A stretch of 64,000 nucleotides of DNA from Opitutales bacterium (GCA_049599475.1 JBMYOQ010000017.1:1-64000); one strand, 5' to 3'. Counted from the first letter of the stretch, positions 37,254-47,910 are shown. The notes: generated by a model not told the origin, from the sequence alone. Made by a program: numbers and translations.

Positions 37254-39560
37254 TTAAATAGCGTAGCTTTTGTGCATTTCACGTTGGAGTGAATAGAGAT
37301 TTTTATAAACCCCTTCTTTCATTTCGAGGAGGGCGTCATGCGTTCCCTGTTCTACCAAGCGTCCATCCTTCATTACCAATAGCCGATCAGCACGCCGCAA
37401 GGTCGACAATCGGTGGGCGATTGCGATGACTGTGCGGTTCTCAGTTAGGCGATCAATAGCATCTTGGATTTTCTGCTCAGTCTCGGTATCGACCGCCGAG
37501 GTAGCTTCGTCGAGAAGCAAGACGCGCGGATTGTGCAAAACAGCACGAGCAATCGAAACGCGCTGACGTTCGCCGCCTGAGAGCGTATGCCCACGCTCAC
37601 CGACAATCGTGTCATAAGCATTCGGGAGTTTGCAGATAAAATCATGTGCATTCGCCGATTTCGCAGCAGCGATTACATCCCCCGGACTCGCATCCGAAAG
37701 CCCATAGCGAATGTTCTCCAATATGGTTCCGTGAAACAAAAACGGATCCTGCATCACCATACCAATTTGTGTGCGCATATTTCCCAACTCCAGCTCACGG
37801 ACATCGATACCATCGATTTTCACCGACCCTGATGTCACGTCGTAGAAACGACTCAAGAGATTGAATATAGTACTTTTCCCCGCTCCAGATGGTCCAACGA
37901 GTCCGATAAATTCACCTTGATGAATCTCAAAAGAGACCCCTTTCAAAATCAATCTGACCGGATCGTATCCAAAGGTAACCTGGCTGAAGGAAATATTACC
38001 CATCATCGGACTAAGCGCCACCGGCTCTGGTGGATCCACGATTTCGGGTTCGGTATCCAACACTTCGAAGATTCGATGCGCCGAACTCAAGGCTCGGTTC
38101 ACCATACGCGAAAGCTGAGCAAATATCTCAATAGGATAGAAAAAGAGACCCAAGTAGACAAGGAATGATACAAAGACGCCCACCGTTAGGGACGGTTGAG
38201 ACCCTGGGCCACTTCCAATCAATCTCGGCAGCGCGAACATCCAAACCAGGACGCCCATGAGCTGTATCAAAAATATCAAGACTGGCCAGAATATCGTCCA
38301 GACCTTATTCAACCGCTCAGCCTCTACGAACACTGCTTCATTTTCCTTATCAAAGCGCGAACGTTCTCGGTTTGACTGGTCAAAAGCTTGAACAACCCGC
38401 ATACCTGGAATCGTATCGGAGAGGACCGCGGTCATATCCGACCATTTGCGCCAGATTCTTAAAAACCGGGAGTGCATGACTTTTCCGTTAAAATAAATCA
38501 GCAAGAAAATGGCTGGGAGCGGAGCCACCATCAGTAGGCCGAGTTTCCAATCGAGAATAATCAGCATCGATGAGAGTCCAACTAACAGCAAGGCACTGAC
38601 CGAGGCCTCTACGACTCCAAATGCCACGAAATCCCAAATACGGTCTGTGTCTGAGCTGACCCGGCTAATGAGCGAGCCCGTTCGCTTAGATGAGAAATAT
38701 CCCAGGCTCAGTCGGTGCAGGTGCCCGTATACATCTCGCCGCAAATCGCGAGCCACCAAATCCCCGATTACGGCCATGAATTTAAGCCGTATCCAGAGAA
38801 AAAATTCACGCAGCACGACCACAATCGCGATGTTCGCGATCAAAATCCAGCCAAGCGTTTTCGCTTCGCTCCAATCTAATTTCCCGTCGGCAAAGGGGTT
38901 GATCACGTCGTCAATAATGCGCCCTGTCAGATAAGGGGGAAATAACTGACAGACCGTCATGATGATCGCCGCTACAATACCCACCACCAACTGTTTTTTG
39001 TAAGGCTTAAGATAGGACAGTAATCGAATAAATACAGATGAGCCCGAAGTCGACACACTGGCCTGTGCCTTACGCACGGGAGTCCCTACAGATTCGGCAT
39101 AATGCTCATCGGGATCCGTTTCCGGCTGAATCGTCCCGCCTTCCAATGCCTGCCGCAGCAAAAAGACAATACCGCTGACACTCTGCTTCTGCCGGTGGCT
39201 ATAATGAACGTGCAACAGGGGCGGAGAGTCAGGATCGGCTTCAAGTATAAGCTGGGTACAGCTCAGCCCTGGAATTTCCCTAACGTATTGAATCTCTGAA
39301 CGCGGAAAGGACCGCACGACTAATTCGCCAGCATCCTTAAGCTTCACGAAGGCCACATAGTCCGGCCCTAAACACAGCCACGACTCTCCGAGCCGCATCC
39401 CAGCATCCAGATCGATCAAGGCATAGAGTTGAATAACGGACCCAGGACCTGCACCGTGTTGAGATTCAACAAGATCTCGAACTGCCTTAGGTAAGTTTAT
39501 CGGTTGATCTGTGTACCGGTCGACAATGTCGCGGTACATCTCGTTCGTTTTCGAAGACAT
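37254..39560 (-). CDS. ABC exporter (fused TMD-NBD) with N-terminal extension, DUF1854-associated type
   Basis: GPSGAGKST, LSGGERQR, LLDEATS, IAHRLST; TM domain; extra N-terminal region of about 170 aa. Confidence 0.93.
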   Translation of the reverse strand: MSSKTNEMYRDIVDRYTDQPINLPKAVRDLVESQHGAGPGSVIQLYALIDLDAGMRLGESWLCLGPDYVAFVKLKDAGELVVRSFPRSEIQYVREIPGLSCTQLILEADPDSPPLLHVHYSHRQKQSVSGIVFLLRQALEGGTIQPETDPDEHYAESVGTPVRKAQASVSTSGSSVFIRLLSYLKPYKKQLVVGIVAAIIMTVCQLFPPYLTGRIIDDVINPFADGKLDWSEAKTLGWILIANIAIVVVLREFFLWIRLKFMAVIGDLVARDLRRDVYGHLHRLSLGYFSSKRTGSLISRVSSDTDRIWDFVAFGVVEASVSALLLVGLSSMLIILDWKLGLLMVAPLPAIFLLIYFNGKVMHSRFLRIWRKWSDMTAVLSDTIPGMRVVQAFDQSNRERSRFDKENEAVFVEAERLNKVWTIFWPVLIFLIQLMGVLVWMFALPRLIGSGPGSQPSLTVGVFVSFLVYLGLFFYPIEIFAQLSRMVNRALSSAHRIFEVLDTEPEIVDPPEPVALSPMMGNISFSQVTFGYDPVRLILKGVSFEIHQGEFIGLVGPSGAGKSTIFNLLSRFYDVTSGSVKIDGIDVRELELGNMRTQIGMVMQDPFLFHGTILENIRYGLSDASPGDVIAAAKSANAHDFICKLPNAYDTIVGERGHTLSGGERQRVSIARAVLHNPRVLLLDEATSAVDTETEQKIQDAIDRLTENRTVIAIAHRLSTLRRADRLLVMKDGRLVEQGTHDALLEMKEGVYKNLYSLQREMHKSYAI

Positions 39561-39863
39561 GATATACGCAAGTTTTCAAACCGCTTTGGACGATTTGTGA
39601 GTGAAGTGTAAGGCACTTGCGATAAGGTCTTATAAAGACAGAAACCGAACATGTCGGAGGTGGGTAGCGGCCTCATTTTGCTACGCCAGCCAACAGAATG
39701 TGTATCAAGTAACCTGCGCCAGAGATCGCAGCTGTCAACGCGAATGTGTGAGAGGGACGTTACATCTTCATGAACAAAACCAGCTACAGGTCAATTTCTT
39801 CCTAAGTTAATCATATCCTGCGAGCTCCTTGATCGATAGCCCAGACACAGGCTAATCCGATCT

Positions 39864-40250
39864 TCATTTCGAGATCAATTCAGTGACTCGATCAAAGTCA
39901 GATATCAGATCAGAGTTGCTAGTATAGTGTAGCCTGTATGTCTTCTTCGCGACTATCGGTTCATCTTGGCCCGGGAAAGCTACGAGAATATCTTCGGTGG
40001 TATTAATCAGAATTTCGGAACGATTAATTCCAATCGAAGATATATCCGATATCCTTATAAATAACTTCTGATGAGCGATACTTCCTGCCCGGTGAGTAGT
40101 GTCGGACTTAAAATTGTAGACATAGCCTGATGAGGCTGCCCCTCGATCAATAAGCAAAAACTCGCCCTTTCTCTCGATAGTTTCAGCTAGAGAATAGTGG
40201 GTTAATAAACACAGCAGCAGTGGAAAAAAGTAGTAGTTTTTAAACTTCAT
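39864..40250 (-). CDS. small hypothetical secreted protein
   Basis: 128 aa, signal peptide ending SLA, AT-rich DNA. Confidence 0.6.
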   Translation of the reverse strand: MKFKNYYFFPLLLCLLTHYSLAETIERKGEFLLIDRGAASSGYVYNFKSDTTHRAGSIAHQKLFIRISDISSIGINRSEILINTTEDILVAFPGQDEPIVAKKTYRLHYTSNSDLISDFDRVTELISK

Positions 40251-40402
40251 TCCAAAAGTAAGATAACTCGCAAATCAGAAGTCACGCATTACTTGGAAAT
40301 GATTACTATGGAAACTAATAGTTGGACTCTCAGAAGATCTAACTCCACCTGGAAAACCTATAGAAGGGAGAGAATCTTTCCAAAAAATCAATCACCTTGA
40401 AA

Positions 40403-41632
40403 TTACTCATGCCGCAACGCTTCCATGGGAGATAAATTCGCGGCCTTCCAGGCAGGAAACGAGCCGAAGACGACTCCCGTGAGCACAGATATGGATAGGG
40501 AAAGGATAAAGGACTCGATCGTGACTTGGGTAGGCATATCGGCATAGACAGCCACCAAGACAGCCAGGAGAACTCCCAGAATAGCACCCAATACGCCTCC
40601 AGACGCCGTCAGCACAATTGATTCAACAAGGAACTGTATCAGAATATCGCGGCGTGTGGCTCCCAGTGCGCGGCGCGTACCTATTTCTTTCATACGCTCA
40701 TAGATGTTCGCCAACATGATATTCATAATACCTATGCCCCCGACAAGGAGGGAGATGGACGCTATAGAAGCCATAACGATCGTAAAAATTCGCTGAGTCG
40801 CTTCCTGTTGCTTCATGAGCTCAAAGGGTAAAATGATTTTGTAGTCAGGGTCCTTATGAGCTCTTTGCATATAGGCCTGCATGCGCCGCGCAGTATCTTC
40901 AATCTTATCGACGTCTCGGACTACGACATAGATTAATGCAAATTTCGTAATTCTCTGCCGGGTAAGCGGCGCTGCCCAGACGTTGAATCCGGTCTCCGCA
41001 GGGACATACACCATCTGATTTATTCCTCCGAGCCCCGAGATCTCACGATCCGATGAATGGTGTAACACACCCACTACCGTGTGGTATACCCCCTTGAGCA
41101 TAAGGCGCTCACCAACAGGATTTCGAAATTCAAATAACTCTTTGGCGATTCGGCTCCCTAACACACACACCGGCGCGAAAGTAAGTTCGTCTTTGCGATT
41201 TATAAACCGACTTTGACTGTCGACCAAGCTGGCCTTCGTAATCTCTGGAAACGAAACAGGAACCCCCAAGATATGAACCCCTGGCTTCTGCACCCACTGG
41301 CTGATGACCGTTCCGCGCCACCCTGTGATCGGCAACACATCTGTCACATTATCGAACTCTGATTCGATGTGGCGGATGTCGTCCTCCGTGACACCGCTCG
41401 TCGCTTGAGCCCCTTCTTGTCCACCTTCGGGAGCGACCGATTGTATCAGAATCTTGTCTACACCCATTTCCTGAATCTGGCGGATAGACTCCAAGCGAGC
41501 ACCTTCGCCAATAGCCAACATTCCCACAACAGCACCGACGCCAAAGACAACGCCCAAGCCCGCTAGAAATGAGCGAAAGGGATGGGCCGTCAAACTCGCG
41601 ATCGAGAGGCGTAATGTATTGGAAAGACGCAT
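40403..41632 (-). CDS. MacB/FtsX-type ABC transporter permease
   Basis: RSFLAGLGVVFGVGAVV, SLLVGGIGIMNIML, ERMKEIGTRRALGA, PAWKAANLSPMEALRHE. Confidence 0.95.
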   Translation of the reverse strand: MRLSNTLRLSIASLTAHPFRSFLAGLGVVFGVGAVVGMLAIGEGARLESIRQIQEMGVDKILIQSVAPEGGQEGAQATSGVTEDDIRHIESEFDNVTDVLPITGWRGTVISQWVQKPGVHILGVPVSFPEITKASLVDSQSRFINRKDELTFAPVCVLGSRIAKELFEFRNPVGERLMLKGVYHTVVGVLHHSSDREISGLGGINQMVYVPAETGFNVWAAPLTRQRITKFALIYVVVRDVDKIEDTARRMQAYMQRAHKDPDYKIILPFELMKQQEATQRIFTIVMASIASISLLVGGIGIMNIMLANIYERMKEIGTRRALGATRRDILIQFLVESIVLTASGGVLGAILGVLLAVLVAVYADMPTQVTIESFILSLSISVLTGVVFGSFPAWKAANLSPMEALRHE

Positions 41633-41634
41633 AC

Positions 41635-42336
41635 TTAGCTTCGAATTATCCTTCCATCGCGAATCTCTATCACACGATCCACCTCGTGCTCATATTCCGG
41701 GTTGTGCGTGACCATGATGATTGAACGCCCTTCAGACCGTAGCTCACGAAAGATTTCCATGACCTCTTCACCGGTCTTTTCATCCAAATTTCCGGTCGGT
41801 TCATCCGCCAAGAGCACCGGAGGATCATTGGCCAGGGAGCGAGCTATGGCCACCCGCTGCCGTTGCCCTCCGGACAGCTCGGTTGGCTTGTGATCCAGTC
41901 GTTCGGCCAATCCCAGACGGCTCAATACTTTAACTGCACGGTCATGCATTTCAGCCCGCGGCAACTCTGCATAGAGCATCGGCACGCAGACATTATCCAG
42001 CACCGACATTTGTGGAAACAGGTTAAAGGATTGGAAAATAAACCCAATCTTGCGGCACCGGATTTGAGAGATCTGGTGATCAGGGAGGTCTGCGACATTC
42101 TGCTTATCCAACCAATATTCGCCTCCGCTAGGCTGGTCGAGCAATCCCAGGAGATTCAATAATGTAGACTTCCCTGAGCCAGAAGGTCCGACGATCGCCA
42201 CGAACTGACCGCGCGAAAATTGAAGCTCTAACGGGTGCAGGGCGTGCACAACTTGTTCGCCCATTTTGTAGCGCTTTGTAATGGCCTGCAGCCGTATCAA
42301 CTCATCGCCTGAGCTACCGATGGCTTCGCTAACCAT
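41635..42336 (-). CDS. MacB/LolD-type ABC transporter ATP-binding protein
   Basis: [42 protein letters not shown]. Confidence 0.97.
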   Translation of the reverse strand: MVSEAIGSSGDELIRLQAITKRYKMGEQVVHALHPLELQFSRGQFVAIVGPSGSGKSTLLNLLGLLDQPSGGEYWLDKQNVADLPDHQISQIRCRKIGFIFQSFNLFPQMSVLDNVCVPMLYAELPRAEMHDRAVKVLSRLGLAERLDHKPTELSGGQRQRVAIARSLANDPPVLLADEPTGNLDEKTGEEVMEIFRELRSEGRSIIMVTHNPEYEHEVDRVIEIRDGRIIRS

Positions 42337-42342
42337 GCCGGA

Positions 42343-44055
42343 TCAGCTTGCGCCCTCGTTCGCTTCCTCAACCTGAAGGAAGACGGAATCCCCGGGCTCA
42401 AGCCCTTTGATTATCTCTACAAAGCTATTCGAAGCACGCCCCGTTTCTACTTCCACCTCTGTGGAGTTGAAACCACTCCCGACTTTGCAGTAGCTGTTAC
42501 CTTCACGCGTGTAAATGGCTTCGATTGGAACGAAGATCGCATCCTCCACGGTCTCCACGAGGATTTCGATTTCCACCGTCATACCCGGGACTAGGCGCGG
42601 ATCCGTGCTATCCGTGCTAATTGTAGTTGTATAGACTCGAGGGCTTCGCGGATCCCATCGCATCACACGCTTAGACATCGACGCTATTTCCTCCACACGC
42701 CCATCCATCTCCAAATCTGGGAGAGCTGCGTTTTTCAATCGCGCGACTTGGCCTTTCTCAATACGCGACCTGTAAATCTCTGGAATATCGCAACGAACCA
42801 GGAACTGGGATAAATCTGGGATCCGAGCGACGACCTCCTTAGGAGATACTGAGGTGCCGATATTCAGTTCTTTTGGGGTTCGATTATTATTTTGGTTCGG
42901 GTTCCCAAGGGTCACCAGCCCATCGACAGGAGCCGTCAACACAAGACCTTCCAAATCACTCCGTGTCTCCTCCAACCGTTCAGTAAGGCGCTCTTTTTGG
43001 GTAATATATTCTGTCTCTAGCTTTTCTAGATCTTCAGGATATTTTTCTTTGAGTTCCGCGATACGCTCCTCGATTTTTTCCTGATCTCTCAGGAGCTTAC
43101 GGTAACGCCGATTCGCCTGAACGCTATCACTCTGGGCTTTGACAAGGGCCCGCTTCAGATTTAACTCGGTTTTACGGTCTGCTATCGTCAAGCGGCGTAA
43201 TGACTGCGGATGTTCATAGCGCCTGAACTGGCGATATGCCTTTCTAGACGTCTCCCAGGCAGCCAGGCTATCCTGCGCCTTCTTCTCCGCGATAGCGACA
43301 TTGCGCTCCGCCTTTTCTCGCGTGGCATCATCTTTAAGACGCGCTTCGGATAAATTTTGGTTGGCAAGCTCAAGCTGCTCAGAAGCCTCCAAGTAAGTCT
43401 CCTCCTGGTTCGTAATAGCCGCCTGCTTGTTTTTGGTCATCGCCCTGTAGTCGAGATTCTCATACTTATTGAGCGCATCTCGGGCGGATTCATACGCACT
43501 GCTCGCTTCTGCAAGCTTGCTCAGCGCCTCATCGCGTGCGACAGCCTGTGTATCGAGAAAAATATCAATGTTGAGCCGAGCATCTTCCCAGGACTCTTGA
43601 AGGGTGCGCATCTGCAACTCGAAGAGCTCGATTCGGTCCTCGACGTCCTCTTCGTAATCGACCGTCAAGTCATGCAGGCTCTCTTCGTACTCCGTAATTT
43701 TCTCGATATAAGCCTCCGACGAGAATCCGACGACCGGATCGCCCGATTTGAGCTCTGTCTTATCTTCGACGATATAGTCGATCCGCAGCCCAAGTTTTCC
43801 GACACCTTCAAACCTCAAATTATGATTTTTAATCGCATCGAGTTCACCGCGTGCAAGCACCGTAATCGGGAAGTCCCCGGCAGAGACTTCGTAATAGCGA
43901 TCCAGGGGGCCGTCCGCGCCTCCAGATGCTCCATCACCACCTTTCCCGCAACCTGCAAAGAACAGTCCTCCCCCTGCAAACAACACAAGAGTCACAACCC
44001 TCAATAAGTGCGTCGCACCGGGCTTAATTTTACTAACTGCTTGTCTAGGCATCAT
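42343..44055 (-). CDS. periplasmic adaptor (membrane fusion protein) with very long helical hairpin, probable lipoprotein
   Basis: Lipobox-like FAGC; lipoyl half-motifs ([15 protein letters not shown]); [21 protein letters not shown]...GLEPGDSV. Confidence 0.9.
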   Translation of the reverse strand: MMPRQAVSKIKPGATHLLRVVTLVLFAGGGLFFAGCGKGGDGASGGADGPLDRYYEVSAGDFPITVLARGELDAIKNHNLRFEGVGKLGLRIDYIVEDKTELKSGDPVVGFSSEAYIEKITEYEESLHDLTVDYEEDVEDRIELFELQMRTLQESWEDARLNIDIFLDTQAVARDEALSKLAEASSAYESARDALNKYENLDYRAMTKNKQAAITNQEETYLEASEQLELANQNLSEARLKDDATREKAERNVAIAEKKAQDSLAAWETSRKAYRQFRRYEHPQSLRRLTIADRKTELNLKRALVKAQSDSVQANRRYRKLLRDQEKIEERIAELKEKYPEDLEKLETEYITQKERLTERLEETRSDLEGLVLTAPVDGLVTLGNPNQNNNRTPKELNIGTSVSPKEVVARIPDLSQFLVRCDIPEIYRSRIEKGQVARLKNAALPDLEMDGRVEEIASMSKRVMRWDPRSPRVYTTTISTDSTDPRLVPGMTVEIEILVETVEDAIFVPIEAIYTREGNSYCKVGSGFNSTEVEVETGRASNSFVEIIKGLEPGDSVFLQVEEANEGAS

Positions 44056-45289
44056 TATCACCGCCAAAGAAATTTTTAATATCTCCAGTCACAGAAGGCT
44101 CGGGGACACTTTCTTTATTGGCCTTTTCGATACGATCGATCTCTTCAGAGATTTTCGGATCGAGCGCATCGGGCTGGATGATAGTCTCGTCGCCAAACTC
44201 AAGTATCTTAATATTTAAGAAAATGATCAGCTGAGTCTGCGAGCTCTGACGACGATCCGAGGAAAACAAAGCTCCGACCAAGGGGACTTTGGACAACACG
44301 GGGGTCCGCCGAGTTGTATCGCGATCAGTGCTTTGCAATAGACCCGCCATAGAAATCAGTTGCCCGTCTTTTACTTCGAGCTCAGTGCGCGCTTGGCGCA
44401 CCGCAATAATCGGATTGCTCACATCGCCCGCCACACTGAAGCCGGTGACAGTCGATACTTCTGGATTCACCTCCAGCCGGACTCGATCTCCAGAAATCAT
44501 AGTCGGTTTTACGCTGAGCTTGATACCGACACTTTTGAATTCGGTAGACGTCGTCACGCCCCCGCTTGAAGTCGTTTGCGAGAGAATCGGGACTTCTTCA
44601 CCCGTTACGATACTCCCTTCTTTTCCGCGTTGAATAATAAGATTGGGAGCCGAGAGAATTCGGGCTTTTCCATTCGTTTCCAAGTAACGGATAAAGAGAT
44701 TTAACGATTCGGTGCCTTTGTCCCAAATCTGAGCACTGCCAATCCCTCCTTGGCTCGTGTTCGGAGCCGCGCCCGCCACATTAAGCTGACTCCCGATAGA
44801 TTGCACAAAGGGCTCCAGTTGACCGGCTGGCGACAGGGATTCAGCCAGGGACTCGTAAAATAGATCAACCTCCTTCTCGAGATCTGAATCGATATTGAGC
44901 TCCACAATTCGTGCCTCAATGAGCACTTGGGGCACTGGTTTATCAAGACGGTCGATAATCGATTGAAGCAGCCCGATATTGCTTGAACGGTCTGATACCA
45001 CGAGCTGATCCGACTCGCTACTCTCAGCAACCATTCCATCGATTGTGATAAATTCTTCTACGACTCGACGCAGCGTCGAAGCCTGGATGTATTTACAGTC
45101 ATAGATAAGCAATTCTTTTTCCGAAGATTCGACATTGCCGCTCAACTGAAATTCAAACTCCTTCAGCTGTAGGGCGTAGTCGTCTCCAAGAGCGTCATCA
45201 AGAACGTTTGCTGTATCCGTATCTTGCGCCCAAATTGGGGCACCAAACACAGTAAGTATAAGTAGAAAAAATAACGAAAGTGGGCGCAT
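44045..45289 (-). CDS. secretin family outer-membrane protein (minimal: one N domain plus secretin core)
   Basis: [67 protein letters not shown]; signal peptide; alternative start 45310. Confidence 0.92.
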   Translation of the reverse strand: MRPLSLFFLLILTVFGAPIWAQDTDTANVLDDALGDDYALQLKEFEFQLSGNVESSEKELLIYDCKYIQASTLRRVVEEFITIDGMVAESSESDQLVVSDRSSNIGLLQSIIDRLDKPVPQVLIEARIVELNIDSDLEKEVDLFYESLAESLSPAGQLEPFVQSIGSQLNVAGAAPNTSQGGIGSAQIWDKGTESLNLFIRYLETNGKARILSAPNLIIQRGKEGSIVTGEEVPILSQTTSSGGVTTSTEFKSVGIKLSVKPTMISGDRVRLEVNPEVSTVTGFSVAGDVSNPIIAVRQARTELEVKDGQLISMAGLLQSTDRDTTRRTPVLSKVPLVGALFSSDRRQSSQTQLIIFLNIKILEFGDETIIQPDALDPKISEEIDRIEKANKESVPEPSVTGDIKNFFGGDNDA

Positions 45290-45590
45290 GCAGTGGTGGA
45301 TCGAAGTCATTGCCGACCGCTCCGGACAAGGATCGAGAGTCTCGATCTGGATGAGGGGGTTCCCAGAGTCATGGCAGGCGTAGCTATGTTTGATTGAATG
45401 TTATAAAAATAACCGAAGAGGTCTCAAAGTTTCAGTCAGTGTTTTGAGACCGAAGCTCAGAGCTCGGCAGTCAGTCCTATTATTACGACTGACCCAGCTA
45501 ACGATCAGACACTTCACGCAAAATATCTTACAAATTTGGCCAATATTCACAGAAAATCGACGGAATCCCCTCAAACTATCCGAATAGACC

Positions 45591-45621
45591 AAAAAAAAGA
45601 GCCTCAAATTCCTTGAGGCTC
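45591..45621 (-). terminator. intrinsic terminator of the Hsp20 operon
   Basis: GAGCCTCAA / TTGAGGCTC stem with T8 on the minus strand. Confidence 0.85.
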
Positions 45622-45666
45622 CCTTGGGTTTTTTACGCACACTACCGGTGCAAATTATCTTCTTGG

Positions 45667-46047
45667 TTAAGCTACACTAATTCGACGAGCCTGTGCTTCC
45701 GCGGCTTTCTCTAGGCGGAGCGTGAGTACCCCATTCTCTAAGGATGCGCTGATTTTCTGCGCGTCCACTTGGGGGCCGAGTTTTAGATTGAGCTGATAAC
45801 CATAATCTCTTGATTCGCGGCGAATCACCTTCGCTCCCGCAGGAACCAGATCCTTTCGATTCGCTTTGACGCTCAAGGTTCCCTGTTCGGTCGAAATATC
45901 TACGGCGTCTTTTGCAACGCCGGGGATCTCGACGCTGACAGCATAGGCATCATCCAATTCTTCAATTCGATAAGCCGGACGGCGGTAAGTGTTGGTGTCG
46001 GCAGACGCATTGTCCGCGCTATTCTGGCAAGTGATTTGTGTACTCAT
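45667..46047 (-). CDS. Hsp20/alpha-crystallin family protein
   Basis: VEIPGV, ISASLENGVLTLRLEK. Confidence 0.93.
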   Translation of the reverse strand: MSTQITCQNSADNASADTNTYRRPAYRIEELDDAYAVSVEIPGVAKDAVDISTEQGTLSVKANRKDLVPAGAKVIRRESRDYGYQLNLKLGPQVDAQKISASLENGVLTLRLEKAAEAQARRISVA

Positions 46048-46095
46048 AATGAAATGTAGGTTTTTAGTTATTAATGGATCTCGAAGTGATTGAGC

Positions 46096-46488
46096 TTAGT
46101 TAATGGCAATTTTCTGAGCGGTCGCTTTGGCCTGCTTGGGTAGGTCCAGGCTGAGCACACCGTCTTCATATTTCGCGGAGACTGCAGAGGCATCTACGGT
46201 CTCTGGTAAGCGAAAGGCACGGGAGACCGAGCGTGCCGCCCCTGGGTCATTATCTTCTGAACGGCTCTCCGCCTGAACACGCACCTGGCCACGCTCGATT
46301 TCGATATCGAACGCATCCTTCGCAAATCCAGGTGCGTCCATGGAGACAACATACCGGTCGTCTAATTCGTAAACATTTGCGGTGGCGTAGGCCGGTTGAG
46401 CATCGAACTCGAACGCATTTTCAAAGATGCGATCGAGTTGCTTGATGAACGGGCTGAAGCTATTGCGATAGTAAGGTGTGATATACAT
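46096..46488 (-). CDS. Hsp20/alpha-crystallin family protein
   Basis: MDAPGF, RAFRLPETVD, AKYEDGVLSLDLPK; ATG at 46488. Confidence 0.93.
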   Translation of the reverse strand: MYITPYYRNSFSPFIKQLDRIFENAFEFDAQPAYATANVYELDDRYVVSMDAPGFAKDAFDIEIERGQVRVQAESRSEDNDPGAARSVSRAFRLPETVDASAVSAKYEDGVLSLDLPKQAKATAQKIAIN

Positions 46489-46544
46489 GTGATTTAGTTT
46501 TTGATATTTGAATTTCGGGTTTAGATCGAATGTGCCTCCCATAA

Positions 46545-46590
46545 TTGCAGGACCTCTGCCAAGCGTCCAATAATACCTAAGTCGTTGATT
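46545..46590 (-). promoter_or_regulatory. sigma54 promoter with adjacent IHF site for the Hsp20 operon
   Basis: Minus strand TTGGCAGAGGTCCTGCAA (46562-46545, GG-N10-GC) and AATCAACGACTTA (46590-46578), which matches WATCAANNNNTTR. Confidence 0.7.
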
Positions 46591-46749
46591 GTTAGGATTT
46601 TAATAGATATACAGCTTTTCACTCCGTGATACACAATGGCACACATTCGGGCAAAATTGTCTCACATTTATTGCGCGCCATAATGTCTCTTTCTCAAAAG
46701 AAAGGCTTTGCAAGCAGGCATCTCCGCCTCAAGCTTCACTCTTTGCTAT

Positions 46750-47910
46750 ATGTCTGAGCCGTTCCGCGACATTCACATTTTCACCCATGAATTCTTCCCG
46801 AATCATGGAGGCGCAGGAATCGTAGCGGAGCAGATGGCAGCAGCGGCGCAACTGAATGGCCACAGGGTGCGCCTATGGGCTCCGCGCAAAAGTGCGGAAG
46901 CGAGTAAGGGATCTCGCAAACCCTTCAATATCCTTCCCCTCGCGCTCAAAGGCAGTATGGACTGGAGCTGCCGCGTCCAGCACGTCTCGCAAGTGGTCCG
47001 CTACATAAAACGCTACGGCTTTCGCGAGAACAGCATCCTACACATCGCGGAACCCGGTGCGATGCTCTCGTGGCTCTACTTCCAAATGAGGCGTTCATTT
47101 CCCAGGAATCTGCCCATTGTGATTACGCTGCATGGCTCGGAAATTTTACGATTTTCGGGATCCTTTCATCGCAAGGCCCTATTCTGGCGATTCTTAAAAC
47201 GGGTGCACCGCATCCAGGTATTATCTGATTCCAATCGCCGCCTCCTTTTCGACAACTTTCCACGCCTGCGGAAGGATAAGGTGGTCGTGACCCCTGGGGC
47301 TCCAAGACTCCTCCCCCCGAGCGATGCACCGACAATCAGCGTCCCAAAAAAAGCGGGACGCTTAGCCATCCTGAGCGTGGGGCGCATCCACCCCAGGAAA
47401 GGACACCGCTTCCTCCTTTCGAGCCTGAAACAACTCAGCGCCGAGGAGCAAAAGCAGATTTGTCTCTGGTTTGCGGGGCGCGTCGTCGACGAGCGCTATC
47501 AACAGGAGCTGGAAATCAGCGCAGACCAATCGCAGATTCCCATTCGGTTCTTCGGCTCCGTCTCAGACGCAGATTTGGAAAAACTCTATCAAGCCGCCGA
47601 TATCTTCGCCATGACCAGTCGGCAGACCGGCAAGAGCATCGAGGGATTCGGATTGGTGTATCTTGAAGCCTCTCAAGCGGGCCTGCCGATTATTGCGAAT
47701 CGAACCGGAGGGGTAGCTGAAGCCGTGATCGACGGCGAAACGGGCATTCTATCGGACCCCAACGACGGTGAGAGCCTGATTCGAGCCATCCGTGAATTGA
47801 TCGCAAACCCAGACACCCGCCAAAGACTCGGCAACAATGGCAAAATTTTCGCATCCGGTGTCAGCTGGAAGACAGCCGCCCACGACCTCTACGACGGCCT
47901 AACCCTCTAG
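46750..47910 (+). CDS. glycosyltransferase family 4 protein
   Basis: HEFFPNHGG, VGRIHPRKGH, EGFGLVYLEA. Confidence 0.93.
   Translation: MSEPFRDIHIFTHEFFPNHGGAGIVAEQMAAAAQLNGHRVRLWAPRKSAEASKGSRKPFNILPLALKGSMDWSCRVQHVSQVVRYIKRYGFRENSILHIAEPGAMLSWLYFQMRRSFPRNLPIVITLHGSEILRFSGSFHRKALFWRFLKRVHRIQVLSDSNRRLLFDNFPRLRKDKVVVTPGAPRLLPPSDAPTISVPKKAGRLAILSVGRIHPRKGHRFLLSSLKQLSAEEQKQICLWFAGRVVDERYQQELEISADQSQIPIRFFGSVSDADLEKLYQAADIFAMTSRQTGKSIEGFGLVYLEASQAGLPIIANRTGGVAEAVIDGETGILSDPNDGESLIRAIRELIANPDTRQRLGNNGKIFASGVSWKTAAHDLYDGLTL

Noticed and set aside
44045..45289. Type II secretion or type IV pilus locus
   Set aside because: No GspE/PilB ATPase, GspF/PilC platform or pilin genes in the window; only the secretin is present.
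46489..46700. CIRCE/HrcA operator before the Hsp20 genes
   Set aside because: No TTAGCACTC-N9-GAGTGCTAA match.
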